DNA of 64,000 bases from an uncultured Thermoplasmatales archaeon (GCA_964514975.1 CAZESS010000005.1:1-64000), one strand, 5' to 3'; numbered from the stretch's first letter, positions 17,194-28,021 are shown. The notes: generated from the letters alone by a model not told the origin. Made by a program: numbers and translations.

Positions 17194-18248
17194 TCATCGT
17201 TGTCCATGGAGAGCGGATAGTACAGGATGTTGTCATGCATGTCCTGCTGCCGCTGCATCAGCATGGACTGGTACAGCATGGCGAAGCTGTGGCCGCGCTC
17301 GGTCAGCGTGTATCCCTCCTCTGTTTTTTCGACCAGGTTGCTCTCCTGCAGCCGGTTGAGATGGAACGCGAGCTTGGCTGAATGGTCGATGTCCATGTGT
17401 TTGAGGAAAAACGAGTAGGGCAACACGGCGTTTCGCTCGAGGAGGTAGAGGACATCCCGCCGGATGGAATGGTCAAGCATCGCGATGGCGTCCCCGACAT
17501 AGATGGCGGCGTCGGTGTCGTCGACGATGTGGTCCATGACGTCCTGCTCCAGCGAGCGCCCGTAGAGCACGAGCAACCTGGCGTCGCTCGAATCTGCGCA
17601 TCGATGCAGAAAGGCCAGGTATCGCTGCATCGCGTCGCCATCGGTGCGCTGGAACAGGCTGGCGAGCCCTGCGTGGACGACGACCGGCCGGTCATGGCCA
17701 TCGGTGAACGCGGCGATGGCGGTTTGCAGGTCGTCGAGCATGATGTCTCCATCTGCGAGCGAGAGGTGTTCGTCCGCCGTGAACGACAGCATGTGTTCGA
17801 GCCGTTCGGGCTGCTCGGCGATGAGCAGGACGGCGAGGTCGTCGCCAGTGAGCAATGATTCCAGTTTCATCCGTCCCGTCTGCGCCCCAAAATGCGAGGT
17901 GGCGGTTTCCCTGACAAGGGTGAGCAGGCGCTCCGGGTCGAATGGTTTTTCGATGAAGTCGACAGCGCCGGTTTTCATCGCTTCGACCGCCGATGAGACA
18001 TCACCATATCCAGTGACCACGATTATCGGAACGCTGATATCGTCGGCCTTCGCCTGCCGGAGAACGTCGAGGCCGTGCATGTCGGGCATCTTGAGGTCGA
18101 GGAGCACCACGTCATAGGCATGGCCGTGGAGCGCCCGCAGTGCCTCCTTCCCCCGGTCGGCGGTGTCGACGTCGATGTCGTGCAGACCGAGGTAGCTGGC
18201 GGTCTGCCGGCGGAAGGTTGCGTTGTCGTCGACGACGAGCGCTCTCAT
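17175..18248 (-). CDS. Response regulator REC + DUF835-like + wHTH; paralog of 9355..10401
   Basis: True start ATG 18248 (ATGA overlap with the kinase stop): MRALVVDDN, VVLLDLKMPDMHG, FIEKPF; C-terminal LDHSIRRDVLYLL...KLAFHLNRLQESNLVEKTEEGYTLTERG. Confidence 0.85.
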   Translation of the reverse strand: MRALVVDDNATFRRQTASYLGLHDIDVDTADRGKEALRALHGHAYDVVLLDLKMPDMHGLDVLRQAKADDISVPIIVVTGYGDVSSAVEAMKTGAVDFIEKPFDPERLLTLVRETATSHFGAQTGRMKLESLLTGDDLAVLLIAEQPERLEHMLSFTADEHLSLADGDIMLDDLQTAIAAFTDGHDRPVVVHAGLASLFQRTDGDAMQRYLAFLHRCADSSDARLLVLYGRSLEQDVMDHIVDDTDAAIYVGDAIAMLDHSIRRDVLYLLERNAVLPYSFFLKHMDIDHSAKLAFHLNRLQESNLVEKTEEGYTLTERGHSFAMLYQSMLMQRQQDMHDNILYYPLSMDNDEAGGGI

Positions 18249-21200
18249 CCTGTCTCCTCCCCGAGCGGCAGCCGGACCGTGACCGTGGTGCCCTTGCCGG
18301 GCTCGCTTTCGATGGTGAGGGTGCCGCCGTGTCGTTCGATGACCCATCTGGCGATGTACAGGCCAAGACCGGTGCCTTCGCCGGGCGGCCGGGTGGTGTA
18401 AAACGGGCTGTCCGCCCGGGCTTGCACCTCGGCGTCCATGCCGACGCCGGTGTCCGCTATGCTGACCGCTATCTCGCCGTCTGTCGTCGCTGACGTGATG
18501 GCAACATGATGTGCTTCTTCGTCGGGGTCGCGTGCCAGCACCGCGTTTTTGATGATGTTGACGAAGGCCCGGTAGAGGTGGTGTTCGTCCGCCATCAGGG
18601 TATGCGACGCGACATCGATGTCGATATCCGGCGTGTCCAAGGTCGTGTCGCGGACCGATGCCGTGGCCTCCTCCACAACCGATTCGAGGTCGATCCGCTG
18701 GAGGTTCATGTCGTCCATCCGGGAGAACCCGAGCACCTGTTTGACGATGGCTGACGCGTTGTCGACCTCCCGGCGGATGGTGTCCAGCTCATCGCTGTCC
18801 CGCAGGCCATGCCGTGATGCAAGACATTCGGCGGCGAGCGATATGTTGGCCAGCGGCGTGTTGAGCTCATGTGACACCATGGCTGCGATGCGACCCAGCG
18901 CCGCGAGTTGCTCCTGACGCCGGTGTTCCTCCTCGGCTCGCTTACGCTCGGTGATGTCCTCGGCCATGCCGACGCCCCAGAGCGGCCTGCCACTTTCGTC
19001 CCGGATGATGGACACGGTGAGGTTTGCCCATACGACTGAGCCGTCCTTTGCAACATATCGTTTCTCCATCGTGTATCCCTCCCGTGTACCCTCCTGTATC
19101 TCCTCGTAGAGCTTCAGGTCTTTGTCGACGTCCTCCGGATGCGTGAACTCGGGGAATGGAAGCGACGCCAGCTCCTCCTCGCTGTAGCCGAGCATGTTCC
19201 GGAACGCGGGGTTGTTCAGCACCGGCCGTCCCTCGAGGTCGACGAGGGCGATGCCGATGGGTGCATGGGTGAAGATCGACCGGAACCTTGCTTCGCTTTC
19301 CCGGAGCGCCTGCTCCGTCTTCTTCCGCTGCGTGATGTCACGGGCGATGAGCTGGATATGCCGGCCGCCATCTGGCATGTCCAGCGGGATGTAGATGTTG
19401 TGGTAGTACCGCCCACCTTCCATGTCCTCGTCCTCGACGATAGCGTCGTTCTCGATGGCATCGCGGGCGCAGGCCATACGTTGCCGGAACACATCATCGG
19501 GCATCAGCTCAGACGCCTGTCTCCCAACGAGGTCTTCGGGAGTCGTATCGAGAGCACGGGCCATCGCAGGGTTGGCGGTCACGAAGCGTCCCTGCTCGTC
19601 GCCCTCGGCGATCAGCTCTGGTGATGCCTCCACCAGCCGGCGGTATCGTTGCTCGATTTGCGACCGCTCGGTGATATCCCGTATGTTTCCCTGGACACCA
19701 ATCGATTTTCCGTTTTTGACGACCGGGGTGGCATTGACCTCGACCATGGCGATGGAGCCATCCTTCCGCTGCAGACTGAAACGGAGAGCCTCCAGTGGGC
19801 GCCCTCGTTTGAGTGTCACAAGTGATTTCAGCAGCTTCGGCAGATCCCGAATACAGATATATCTGCCAAAAAACGTTCCCTCTATCTCGTCCGGCTCATA
19901 TCCGGCGATGCGGCGCACCGCCGGCGAGACATAGGTAAACACGCCATGCCAGTTATGCCGGTAGATGCCGTCAAAGCTCTGCTCCGCCAGGCGGCGGAAT
20001 GTTTCCTCGCTTTCTTCCAGCTCTCGTTCCGCCCGCAGCCGGTCGGTGATATCACGGGAAAATACGGCAACCTGTCGTACCTCGCCCTGTTCATCCAGGA
20101 CAGGATAAAAACGATGGCTGAATATGCGACCCGCACGCTCATCGGTGAACTGCACCGCCTGCCTCGTCCGTTGCACCTCCCTGACCTTCGGCGTCCGATA
20201 TGCATAGGCCTCCCGCCCGATCCGGTCAACCATGTGGCTCCCGACGATGGCCTCGCGGTCGTCGCCCATGGCCTCCGCCATCGCATCGTTCACCGCCAGG
20301 ATGGTCCCGTCGACATCGGCGAGGAGCGCGGTGTCATGCGTGGCGTTGAGCAACGTCTGCGCGAGCTTGCGTTGTTCCCGGAGTTGCTGCTCCGTCTGTT
20401 TTCGCTCGGTAACGTCGACGGAGAAGCCGATGACGCCGTCGATGTCGCCATGTGCATCCCGGTGGGGAACCTTGGTCGTACTGACCCATCTGACGCCTTC
20501 CGGGGTCTCCACGGGCTCCTCGATGTCCCGCCTCGGCTCGCCGGACTGCATTACCTCCTGGTTGTCTCGCATATATTCTTGGGCCTGTTCCTCGGGGTAG
20601 ACCTCGTGGATGTACTTGCCCGCCAGTTCTTCGGGCGCCATGTCCATCGTCGCTGCAAGGCGCTCGTTCACCCGCACGAATCTTCCATGGCTCTCTATCC
20701 AGAATATCATCGCCGGTGTTGTGTCGAGCAGCACCTGTTGTTCCTGGCTGAGTTGCTGCAGTTCTGTCTCCATCTGCTTCCGCTCGCTGATATCCCGCAC
20801 CGAGGCGACAGCGCTGTCCACCGCCCCTTCCTCGTTTTTTACCGTGAAGAGAGACAGCAGGGCCGGGAACGTGGAGCCGTCCTTCCGCTGTTGCTCGACT
20901 TCGCCGGACCAGGAGCCCCTGTCCATGAACTCCTGCTGTATGGTATCCGTGTCGGCGGATGCGGCGTTTAAGAAGAACACTGGTTTGCCGGTCAGCTCGT
21001 CCGGGGTGTACCCGTACAGCTGCTCGATGGTGCTGTTGGCATAGGTAATCGTTCCTTCCATGTCGGTGATGACGTAGCCCTCGGTGGACTGCTCCACGGC
21101 GGCGCTCAGCCGACGGATTTTTTCCTCCATCTTCTTCCGCTCGCTGATGTCGCGCACGATGGCCATGTCCGCCGCCTCGCCCCGGTATTCTATCACGGAG

Positions 21201-24200
21201 GCGTTGACCTCGACCGGGATGCTCCGCCCCTCCCTGGCAATGATTTCCGTCTCGTACATCCGGGGGACGTCCATGCCGGCCATTCGTTTTTCGTAGCGTT
21301 CCCTGGCGACGGCGGCGAACTCGGGCCCCATGTAGTTCAGGAACGGGGTGTTCTGTACCTCCTCCATCGTGTAACCGGTCATGTCGAGCAGTTTCTGGTT
21401 GCAGTATTTCAGCAGGTGGTCCTGCACGATCATGATGCCGTCGTTTCCCTGCTGCACCAGCGTGGCATATTTTTCCTCGCTTTCCCGGAGCTCCTGCTCC
21501 ATCTCCTTCCGGTCGCTGATGTCGACGAGAACGGACTTAAAGCCGATGATGTCTTCGCCGCCCCGCTGTATCGGCTGGCTGTACACCAGGCAGGGGAACA
21601 CGGTGCCGTCTTTTTTGATGAAGCGATATTCGAATCCTGTGGTTTCCGTTCCCTGCAGGACGTTGTGTATGTTTTTTCCGGCGTGCTCCCTGTCATCGGG
21701 ATGGATGACCTGCATGACGTTGAGGCCTTCCTTTATGTCCTCCCGGGTGTACTGAAACATCTCCAGACAGGTGTTGTTGAGAAACGTCGCGTTGCCCTCC
21801 CGGTCGAATTCACCGTATGGCTGGGGAAGCAGGTTTACCGTCTCCCTGAATCGTTTTTCCTGCTGCCGCAGCCTGTTCTCTATCTTTTTGCGCTCGGTGA
21901 TGTCGGTGCCGATGCAGAGTATCTCGTCGACCTCGCCCTCGGTGTATATGACCTTGTTCGTCCAGGCCATCCAGACAATGTCGCCGTCACGCTTCGTGTT
22001 TTCGTTTTCGTTGGTGACATAGTCATCCGGATGGTTGACGATGTCGTTGACGATTGACCTGAGCTCTCTGCCCGAGGTTTCGGTTTCCGGGACGATGGTT
22101 CCGACGACGTTTTCGCCCAGTATCTCCTCCTCCGGGTAGCCGAAAAACCGTTCGGCGTACTCGTTGAAATAGGTGACGGTGCCGTCGGTGTCCATGCGGA
22201 GGATGACGCTGTTGGCGTGCTCGAGCAGCTCACGGTATTTCCGTTCGCTCTCCCTGAGCTGCCGTCGCATGCGCCGCTGCTCGGTGATGTCTCTGAACAC
22301 CCCGAATGCGCCGTCGTAGCCGCCATCTGCGTCGAACCGCGGTGTGACGGTGGCGACGATAGCCCGTTTGTTTCCGTCCGGACGGATGACTTCGAGCTCG
22401 TAGGAGCTCTCCTTTCCGGCTTTTCGCTGCTCGGTTTGTTCATATACGACCTCCTGCTGCTCCGGTGGAAGAAAATCCATCAAGCTCTGTCCGACGAGGT
22501 CGCCCTCTTCGATGCCGAAGATCTCCGCTGCCGCGGGGTTTGCAAATGTAAATATTTCGTTTGCATCGACGATACCGACACCCTCCCCCTGGTTTTCGAC
22601 CAGCGTACGATATTTTTCCTCGCTTTCCCTGAGCTGCTGCTCAACGCGCCGACGCTCACTCACGTCCCGTATCGATGCAAGCACCGCGGTCCGGCCGTCA
22701 TAGAAAACCGTTGCCACTCCAAACTCGCCGTGCCGCACCTCGCCCTGCTTGGTCCTGAGTCTCGCTTGAAAGGTGTCCGCTGTCGCCTCGCCCTCCATCC
22801 GCCGTGCTATCATCTCCCGTACCTGCTCCCGGTCTTCGGGATGGACGATGTCGGACAGGTTCATACGGTCGATTTCGTCTTCGCCGTAGCCGACGAGCTC
22901 GCACATCCGGGCGTTGGCAAACAGGATACGGGTATCCTGTATGATGGCGACCGCGTCGTGGCTCTGCTCGACGATGGCACGGTATCGTTCCTCGCTTTCC
23001 TGGAGCCGGCTCTCCAGCACAACCTGCTCGGTGATGTTCCGGCCGAACGCGATGGAACCCACGATGTCGCCACCCTGCCGGCGCGGCGTCGAGGAAACCT
23101 CCAGGTGTATCACGCCGCCGTCGCTGTCGATGATGCGGATCCGGTAGCTGGCGTGTTCGCCCTGGAGCACCCGCTCATGTATCTCCCTGACATGCGGAAG
23201 GTCATCAGGATGGACAAACCGGGAAAAATCGTTCCCGACGCAGTCCGTGAAATCGTGGCCGCATTCCTGCTGCGCCACCCGATTTGCAAACGTCAGCCGG
23301 CCGTCTCTATCGAGCGTCCATATCCAGTCATGGGCATGCTCCACGATGGTTCGATAGCGCTGCTCGCTTTCCTCCATCCTTCGTTGTGCCTCTTTTCGCT
23401 CGGTGATGTCCCTGGCGACCCCGATTATCTCCGCCGGGTTACCCCGGTCGTCATGGGTAAACGTGGCATGGACCTCGATGGAGAATATATGTCCATCCTT
23501 GTGCACGGCGTCCAACTGGAGGACACCGGTATATGGCTGGCCCGCCGCGAGCTTTTTTTGCATTGCCTCGCTTTGCTTTCTGTATGACGCATCGGTGAGA
23601 AGGTCTTCCGGTGTGAGCGAAAGCACCTCCGCCGGGGTGTAGCCAAATACTGTTTCGACGGACGGGCTCACATACGTGTATTCCTCGGTCGCTATATCCA
23701 TCTTGTAGATAACGTCCGCGGAATGCTCGGCCAGCAGCCGGTATTCCTTCTCGCTTTCCTCCAGTTTTTTCTCCGTCTGCTTCCGCCGGGTGATGTCCCT
23801 GCCCAGCGCGATGGACCCGATGCGGTCGCCGTCGCCGTCGGTGATGCTCCGCGAATTCCATGAGATGACACGCTCCCGGCCGTCCTTCGTCCTGATGATG
23901 GTTTCGAGCTCCTCGACCGCCTCGCCGTCGATGATGGCCGCCGCCCGTTCGACGATTTCCTGCCGGTAGCCCGGGTCGGGATACAGCCAGTCCCATATCC
24001 GGCCGTGCCCGACGACCTCCTCCCGGGTGTAGCCGCTGATGTCCTCAGCCGCCCGGTTCCACAGGACAACGTTGCCCTCGCCGTCGAGCACGTCGAGCCA
24101 GACGTTGGCCTGGTCGAGGATGCCGCGCAGCAGCGCTACCTCACGCTGGAGAGATGCCCCGGTCGGCCTGGCCTCAATCGCCCCGGCATCGTCGAGGGTT

Positions 24201-24259
24201 TCGTTCAACAGGGCCGACAGCATGTCGGCGGAGTGCGCTCCGGGGACTGTATCGTTCAT
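18245..24259 (-). CDS. Soluble sensor histidine kinase with 14 tandem PAS/PAC domains
   Basis: 14 units ending in (R/T/V/E)-(D/N)-(I/V)-(T/S)-x-R/Q linkers; H box SHELNTPLANI, N box NIIKNA, DTGVGM, PFYTT, GTGLGL; no TM segment. Confidence 0.93.
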   Translation of the reverse strand: MNDTVPGAHSADMLSALLNETLDDAGAIEARPTGASLQREVALLRGILDQANVWLDVLDGEGNVVLWNRAAEDISGYTREEVVGHGRIWDWLYPDPGYRQEIVERAAAIIDGEAVEELETIIRTKDGRERVISWNSRSITDGDGDRIGSIALGRDITRRKQTEKKLEESEKEYRLLAEHSADVIYKMDIATEEYTYVSPSVETVFGYTPAEVLSLTPEDLLTDASYRKQSEAMQKKLAAGQPYTGVLQLDAVHKDGHIFSIEVHATFTHDDRGNPAEIIGVARDITERKEAQRRMEESEQRYRTIVEHAHDWIWTLDRDGRLTFANRVAQQECGHDFTDCVGNDFSRFVHPDDLPHVREIHERVLQGEHASYRIRIIDSDGGVIHLEVSSTPRRQGGDIVGSIAFGRNITEQVVLESRLQESEERYRAIVEQSHDAVAIIQDTRILFANARMCELVGYGEDEIDRMNLSDIVHPEDREQVREMIARRMEGEATADTFQARLRTKQGEVRHGEFGVATVFYDGRTAVLASIRDVSERRRVEQQLRESEEKYRTLVENQGEGVGIVDANEIFTFANPAAAEIFGIEEGDLVGQSLMDFLPPEQQEVVYEQTEQRKAGKESSYELEVIRPDGNKRAIVATVTPRFDADGGYDGAFGVFRDITEQRRMRRQLRESERKYRELLEHANSVILRMDTDGTVTYFNEYAERFFGYPEEEILGENVVGTIVPETETSGRELRSIVNDIVNHPDDYVTNENENTKRDGDIVWMAWTNKVIYTEGEVDEILCIGTDITERKKIENRLRQQEKRFRETVNLLPQPYGEFDREGNATFLNNTCLEMFQYTREDIKEGLNVMQVIHPDDREHAGKNIHNVLQGTETTGFEYRFIKKDGTVFPCLVYSQPIQRGGEDIIGFKSVLVDISDRKEMEQELRESEEKYATLVQQGNDGIMIVQDHLLKYCNQKLLDMTGYTMEEVQNTPFLNYMGPEFAAVARERYEKRMAGMDVPRMYETEIIAREGRSIPVEVNASVIEYRGEAADMAIVRDISERKKMEEKIRRLSAAVEQSTEGYVITDMEGTITYANSTIEQLYGYTPDELTGKPVFFLNAASADTDTIQQEFMDRGSWSGEVEQQRKDGSTFPALLSLFTVKNEEGAVDSAVASVRDISERKQMETELQQLSQEQQVLLDTTPAMIFWIESHGRFVRVNERLAATMDMAPEELAGKYIHEVYPEEQAQEYMRDNQEVMQSGEPRRDIEEPVETPEGVRWVSTTKVPHRDAHGDIDGVIGFSVDVTERKQTEQQLREQRKLAQTLLNATHDTALLADVDGTILAVNDAMAEAMGDDREAIVGSHMVDRIGREAYAYRTPKVREVQRTRQAVQFTDERAGRIFSHRFYPVLDEQGEVRQVAVFSRDITDRLRAERELEESEETFRRLAEQSFDGIYRHNWHGVFTYVSPAVRRIAGYEPDEIEGTFFGRYICIRDLPKLLKSLVTLKRGRPLEALRFSLQRKDGSIAMVEVNATPVVKNGKSIGVQGNIRDITERSQIEQRYRRLVEASPELIAEGDEQGRFVTANPAMARALDTTPEDLVGRQASELMPDDVFRQRMACARDAIENDAIVEDEDMEGGRYYHNIYIPLDMPDGGRHIQLIARDITQRKKTEQALRESEARFRSIFTHAPIGIALVDLEGRPVLNNPAFRNMLGYSEEELASLPFPEFTHPEDVDKDLKLYEEIQEGTREGYTMEKRYVAKDGSVVWANLTVSIIRDESGRPLWGVGMAEDITERKRAEEEHRRQEQLAALGRIAAMVSHELNTPLANISLAAECLASRHGLRDSDELDTIRREVDNASAIVKQVLGFSRMDDMNLQRIDLESVVEEATASVRDTTLDTPDIDIDVASHTLMADEHHLYRAFVNIIKNAVLARDPDEEAHHVAITSATTDGEIAVSIADTGVGMDAEVQARADSPFYTTRPPGEGTGLGLYIARWVIERHGGTLTIESEPGKGTTVTVRLPLGEETG

Positions 24260-24418
24260 GATACCACCTCAAAAAACGGGTGCCGCAGCGGGGCTGCCCA
24301 GAACGGGGGCATGTCCCCCATCGAGATGAGAATCAGCGATACCGCTGCGGCATGCATACACATAATACATGAATGCCCGTTTTTAAATATGTTTGCCGCA
24401 TGACGAAAAAAAGGGGCG

Positions 24419-25279
24419 CTATCCGGCGAACAGCACAGAGTAGTCACATATCTCGGCGATCTTCCGCCGGGTGCTCTTCCCCAGGTTTTTCAGCAGCCGT
24501 TTCTTGTGCTGCTTGCCGACGACGACGAGGTTGGCCTTGAACTGCCGGGCGGCCTTCGCCATCTCCTTCGGCAGGCTCCCCGTCACCAGGCTGGTCGTCA
24601 CATTGGCCCGGTCGATATCCGCCAGGAACCGCTCGCCGGTGTCCGTCAGGTCCCGCACCGGCTTCCGCCCGGAGCGCTCACCCGCCTCGTTCACCTGGAC
24701 GCTGTCCTCGGTGTCGACCACGTACAGGACATGCAAATCCCAGCCGAGCGCATCGGCCAGCTCCGCGCTGATTTGAGGCACGACAGTGTTCATGCCGAGA
24801 TTCGTGCAGACGGCGATAACCTGGTCGCTGCCCTCTGCGCCCGCTTCCACCCAGACGGGAACCTCCGCGTCATCGAGGATGCGATAGTTGAGGATGCATT
24901 GTTTCTGGAATCCCATCATCACCAGGTCGTAGTCGCCCGTGGAGAGCTCCTCCCGGACCATGGTGCTGTACTCGCCCTCCACCACTTTTTCCGCGTATGC
25001 AAGGTCGGGGCTCTTGATGTTCTTCGCGTCGGTGAACACGATGTTGTCGGCCGCGTTCTTGTACTCCTCGGTGATATCCTCGGTTGTTTCCTCCCGCTCA
25101 TATTTGGTGCGGTAGGCATCGGAGAGCCTGTCGGTCTGATTGATGGTCTTCCGCTCGATGACGTACATCACGGTGATGTCGCTCCCGATGGTATCTGCTA
25201 CAAAAAGCGCCCGTTCAAGGGCCTTGCGCGGATAGAATTCAGATGAGATGGGGAGCAGAATGTGCCGGAACATGTGCAT
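24419..25279 (-). CDS. Tandem universal stress protein (USP) domain protein
   Basis: MFRHILLPIS, ITVMYVIE, DLVMMG, LHVLYVVD, NLVVVG, CDYSVL. Confidence 0.8.
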   Translation of the reverse strand: MHMFRHILLPISSEFYPRKALERALFVADTIGSDITVMYVIERKTINQTDRLSDAYRTKYEREETTEDITEEYKNAADNIVFTDAKNIKSPDLAYAEKVVEGEYSTMVREELSTGDYDLVMMGFQKQCILNYRILDDAEVPVWVEAGAEGSDQVIAVCTNLGMNTVVPQISAELADALGWDLHVLYVVDTEDSVQVNEAGERSGRKPVRDLTDTGERFLADIDRANVTTSLVTGSLPKEMAKAARQFKANLVVVGKQHKKRLLKNLGKSTRRKIAEICDYSVLFAG

Positions 25280-25332
25280 CCTTGCAGCGTTTGTCCCGGT
25301 AAAGACATAGTCTTATTTTATCTTTTCGTTTC

Positions 25333-26769
25333 CTACATCCCCAGTACGCCCTTCCAGTATAACATGGCGACCGCAAAAATCACGCCGATGCAGACAAGGT
25401 TCGCAATGCTGCCTCCTTTCAGCAGGTCCCGCGTCGAAAAATAGCCCGCCGAGTAGGTGATGGCGTTGCCGGGCGTCGCGATCACCAGCATGAAAGCCAG
25501 GCCGCCGGACAGCGCGATGGTCATCGACGACAGCAGCGGGCTGACACCGGGTATCTCACCGGCGATGGCGAGGCCGATGGGCAGCAGCATCGCAACGGCG
25601 GCGGTATTCGAAATGAAATTGGTGATGACAATGGTGAGCACGATGAGCACGAACACGATGACATAGGCATGGCTGCCACCGCCGACGATGAGGTCCACAA
25701 TCCATTCAGCGACGCCCGTCTGCTTCAGGCTGGTCCCCAGCGTGATGGCGCCGCCGTACAGCAGCACCACGCCCCAGGGCACCCGTTTTTCCACGTCCTC
25801 CCACGAAATCGTGCCCGTGAAAAACAGCAGCGCACCGCCCAGCAGCGCGATGACCGCCAGACCGAGCTCCTGCGACGCGAACATCCACAGCGCGATGGTG
25901 ACGGCAAGGACGCCGGCCACGATCATCTCGGGCCGGTCCAGCGAGCCCATCTCCCGGACCTGCTCATCGATTTTTTTCCGCGCATCGGCGATGTCATCCA
26001 CCTCTATCGGAAACGTGAAATGCAGGATGAGCCAGACGACTGGCAGCGCGATGAACACCACCGGCGTCGAATAGCTCATCCATTCAAAAAACGAGACCTC
26101 TATGCCGGCGTCGGCGAGCACGCTGATGGTCAACGGGTTCCGGGCGCCGCCGATCGGCGTTCCCAGGCTCCCGATCGAGCAGCCGTAGGCGATACAGAGC
26201 ATGCTCACCCGGCCGAAGTTGCTCTGCCCGGGGACCACGCGCATCGCAATCAAAATCGACGTCACAATCGGCAAAAACAGCGCGACGACGCCGTGCTCCG
26301 GCATGATGAACGACAGCAGCGCCGACGACACCATGATACCAAGGGTAAACAGCCAGGGGCTCCCCCGAAAAGCCCGGAGAAAGCGCAACGCGATGCGACG
26401 ATGCAGGCCATGGCGCTCGATGGCGCTCGCCAGTATGAAGGCACCGATGAGAAAAAAGACGGCCTCGTTGCCAAACGCATGGAACACGTCGACGGCGGGC
26501 ACCACGTCCAGCAGCGGCTGCATGACCATGACGAGCAGCGCGGTCACCGCGATCGGGATGGGCGTGGTCACCCACAGGATGACGGCCATCACCAGGATGC
26601 CGAGCATCACCTGGCCGGCCCGGGTCAGACCGGATGCAACGGGCAGCAGCGCCGACAGCGCGACGGCGCCGAAGGCGAGCGCGACGAACGAGATGTCTCT
26701 TCTCTCGAGTGGGTACAGCTCGCTGACGGATCGCTCTGACGCGCCCTTTTTCCTTCGTTCCTGTGCCAC
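25333..26769 (-). CDS. SLC13/DASS family sodium:anion (probably sulfate) symporter
   Basis: Many TMs; HGLHRRIAL, SIGSLGTPIGGARN, FISNTAAVAMLLPI, ATPGNAI; located in the sulfate activation operon. Confidence 0.88.
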   Translation of the reverse strand: MAQERRKKGASERSVSELYPLERRDISFVALAFGAVALSALLPVASGLTRAGQVMLGILVMAVILWVTTPIPIAVTALLVMVMQPLLDVVPAVDVFHAFGNEAVFFLIGAFILASAIERHGLHRRIALRFLRAFRGSPWLFTLGIMVSSALLSFIMPEHGVVALFLPIVTSILIAMRVVPGQSNFGRVSMLCIAYGCSIGSLGTPIGGARNPLTISVLADAGIEVSFFEWMSYSTPVVFIALPVVWLILHFTFPIEVDDIADARKKIDEQVREMGSLDRPEMIVAGVLAVTIALWMFASQELGLAVIALLGGALLFFTGTISWEDVEKRVPWGVVLLYGGAITLGTSLKQTGVAEWIVDLIVGGGSHAYVIVFVLIVLTIVITNFISNTAAVAMLLPIGLAIAGEIPGVSPLLSSMTIALSGGLAFMLVIATPGNAITYSAGYFSTRDLLKGGSIANLVCIGVIFAVAMLYWKGVLGM

Positions 26770-26838
26770 GGTATCCCTGCCGTTCGGGTGATGAAGCCGG
26801 GATGCACTGCCGTCCCGGCCCCGGCATATAACAGATGT

Positions 26839-27408
26839 TTATTTTTTTACGTTTCTGTACAGGTCGGGGTCGACCGCCGCAACGGCCGCCTCGACGTCCA
26901 GGGCGTCGTCAAGAAACCGGCTGACGCGCCTGGTTTCCTCCTGGGGCTGCTCCACGACGTCGCGGTACTGGACCATGAGCGTCTCGATGTCATCGCGGTC
27001 TTGCAGCATCTGCTTCGCGTACCGGTTGAGATGCCGGAAGGCCGGTTTTTCCTCATCGCGGCATACGTCCCCGGACATTTTTTCCATGGAGGCCATGATT
27101 TCGTCGAGGTCACGCAGCATGTAGATGACCCTGTAGCAGCCGGGCGGCAGAAACTTGAGGCCGTAGGCGGTGACCTTGACAAAGGTGCCATAATATTTTT
27201 CGAACGGAAAGGTGCCCTCGATGAGCCGGTTGATGATCTTGCCGCCCTCGAGCTCATAGTATCCCTTTGGATTGTGGACGTCTGCCTCCCGCGATCGGTC
27301 GAAGGCGACGGGGACGCCGCCCCGGGCGAGAAGCTGCATCATCATCGAGGTACCGGAGCGCTCCAGCCCGGAGACCAGGTAGTTGGTGTCGCTGCGGAGC
27401 CCTTGCAT
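26839..27408 (-). CDS. Small sulfotransferase-family protein
   Basis: 5'-PSB loop VSGLERSGTSMMMQLL, NPKGYYE, 3'-PB VIYMLRDLDEIMAS, VQYRDVVEQP. Confidence 0.78.
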   Translation of the reverse strand: MQGLRSDTNYLVSGLERSGTSMMMQLLARGGVPVAFDRSREADVHNPKGYYELEGGKIINRLIEGTFPFEKYYGTFVKVTAYGLKFLPPGCYRVIYMLRDLDEIMASMEKMSGDVCRDEEKPAFRHLNRYAKQMLQDRDDIETLMVQYRDVVEQPQEETRRVSRFLDDALDVEAAVAAVDPDLYRNVKK

Positions 27409-27412
27409 GGTA

Positions 27413-28021
27413 TCAGCCGAGGTGTCCCCGCGCTTCCAGGTAGTCGATGACCTTTGCGCCGGATTCCGCCGGTGTCTGGATTTCGGTGTCGACGACTATC
27501 TCGGGCTGCTCGGGCTCCTCATAGGGAGCGTCGATGCCCGTGAAGTCGGATATCTCGCCGGCCCGCGCCTTTTTGTAGAGGCCCTTGGGGTCGCGTTCCT
27601 CACATGCGCCCAGCGATGCCCTGGCGAAGACCTCGACGAAGCGGTTGTCGCCGACGAGCTCGCGGCAGAAGTTCCTGTCCTTCGCATACGGAGAGATGAA
27701 CGCGGTGATGGTTATCACGCCTGCATCTGCGAAGAGCGCCGCGACCTCAGATATGCGCCGGATGTTCTCGGAGCGGTCCTCGGGCGAAAAACCCAGGTCC
27801 TTGTTGAGGCCATGGCGGACGTTGTCGCCGTCCAAGATGTAGGCGAGCTTGCCCCGCTCGTGCAGCCGGTGCGCTACTTCGTTCGCCACGGTGGATTTGC
27901 CGCTGCCGGAGAGCCCGGTGAACCAGATGATGATACCCTTCTGCCCGAGCAGTTTTTCGCGTTTCTCTCGTTCGACCTTGTGGTCATGCCATACGACGTT
28001 GGTTGCTTTCTGTTCAGTCAT
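27413..28021 (-). CDS. cysC: Adenylyl-sulfate (APS) kinase
   Basis: [55 protein letters not shown]. Confidence 0.96.
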   Translation of the reverse strand: MTEQKATNVVWHDHKVEREKREKLLGQKGIIIWFTGLSGSGKSTVANEVAHRLHERGKLAYILDGDNVRHGLNKDLGFSPEDRSENIRRISEVAALFADAGVITITAFISPYAKDRNFCRELVGDNRFVEVFARASLGACEERDPKGLYKKARAGEISDFTGIDAPYEEPEQPEIVVDTEIQTPAESGAKVIDYLEARGHLG

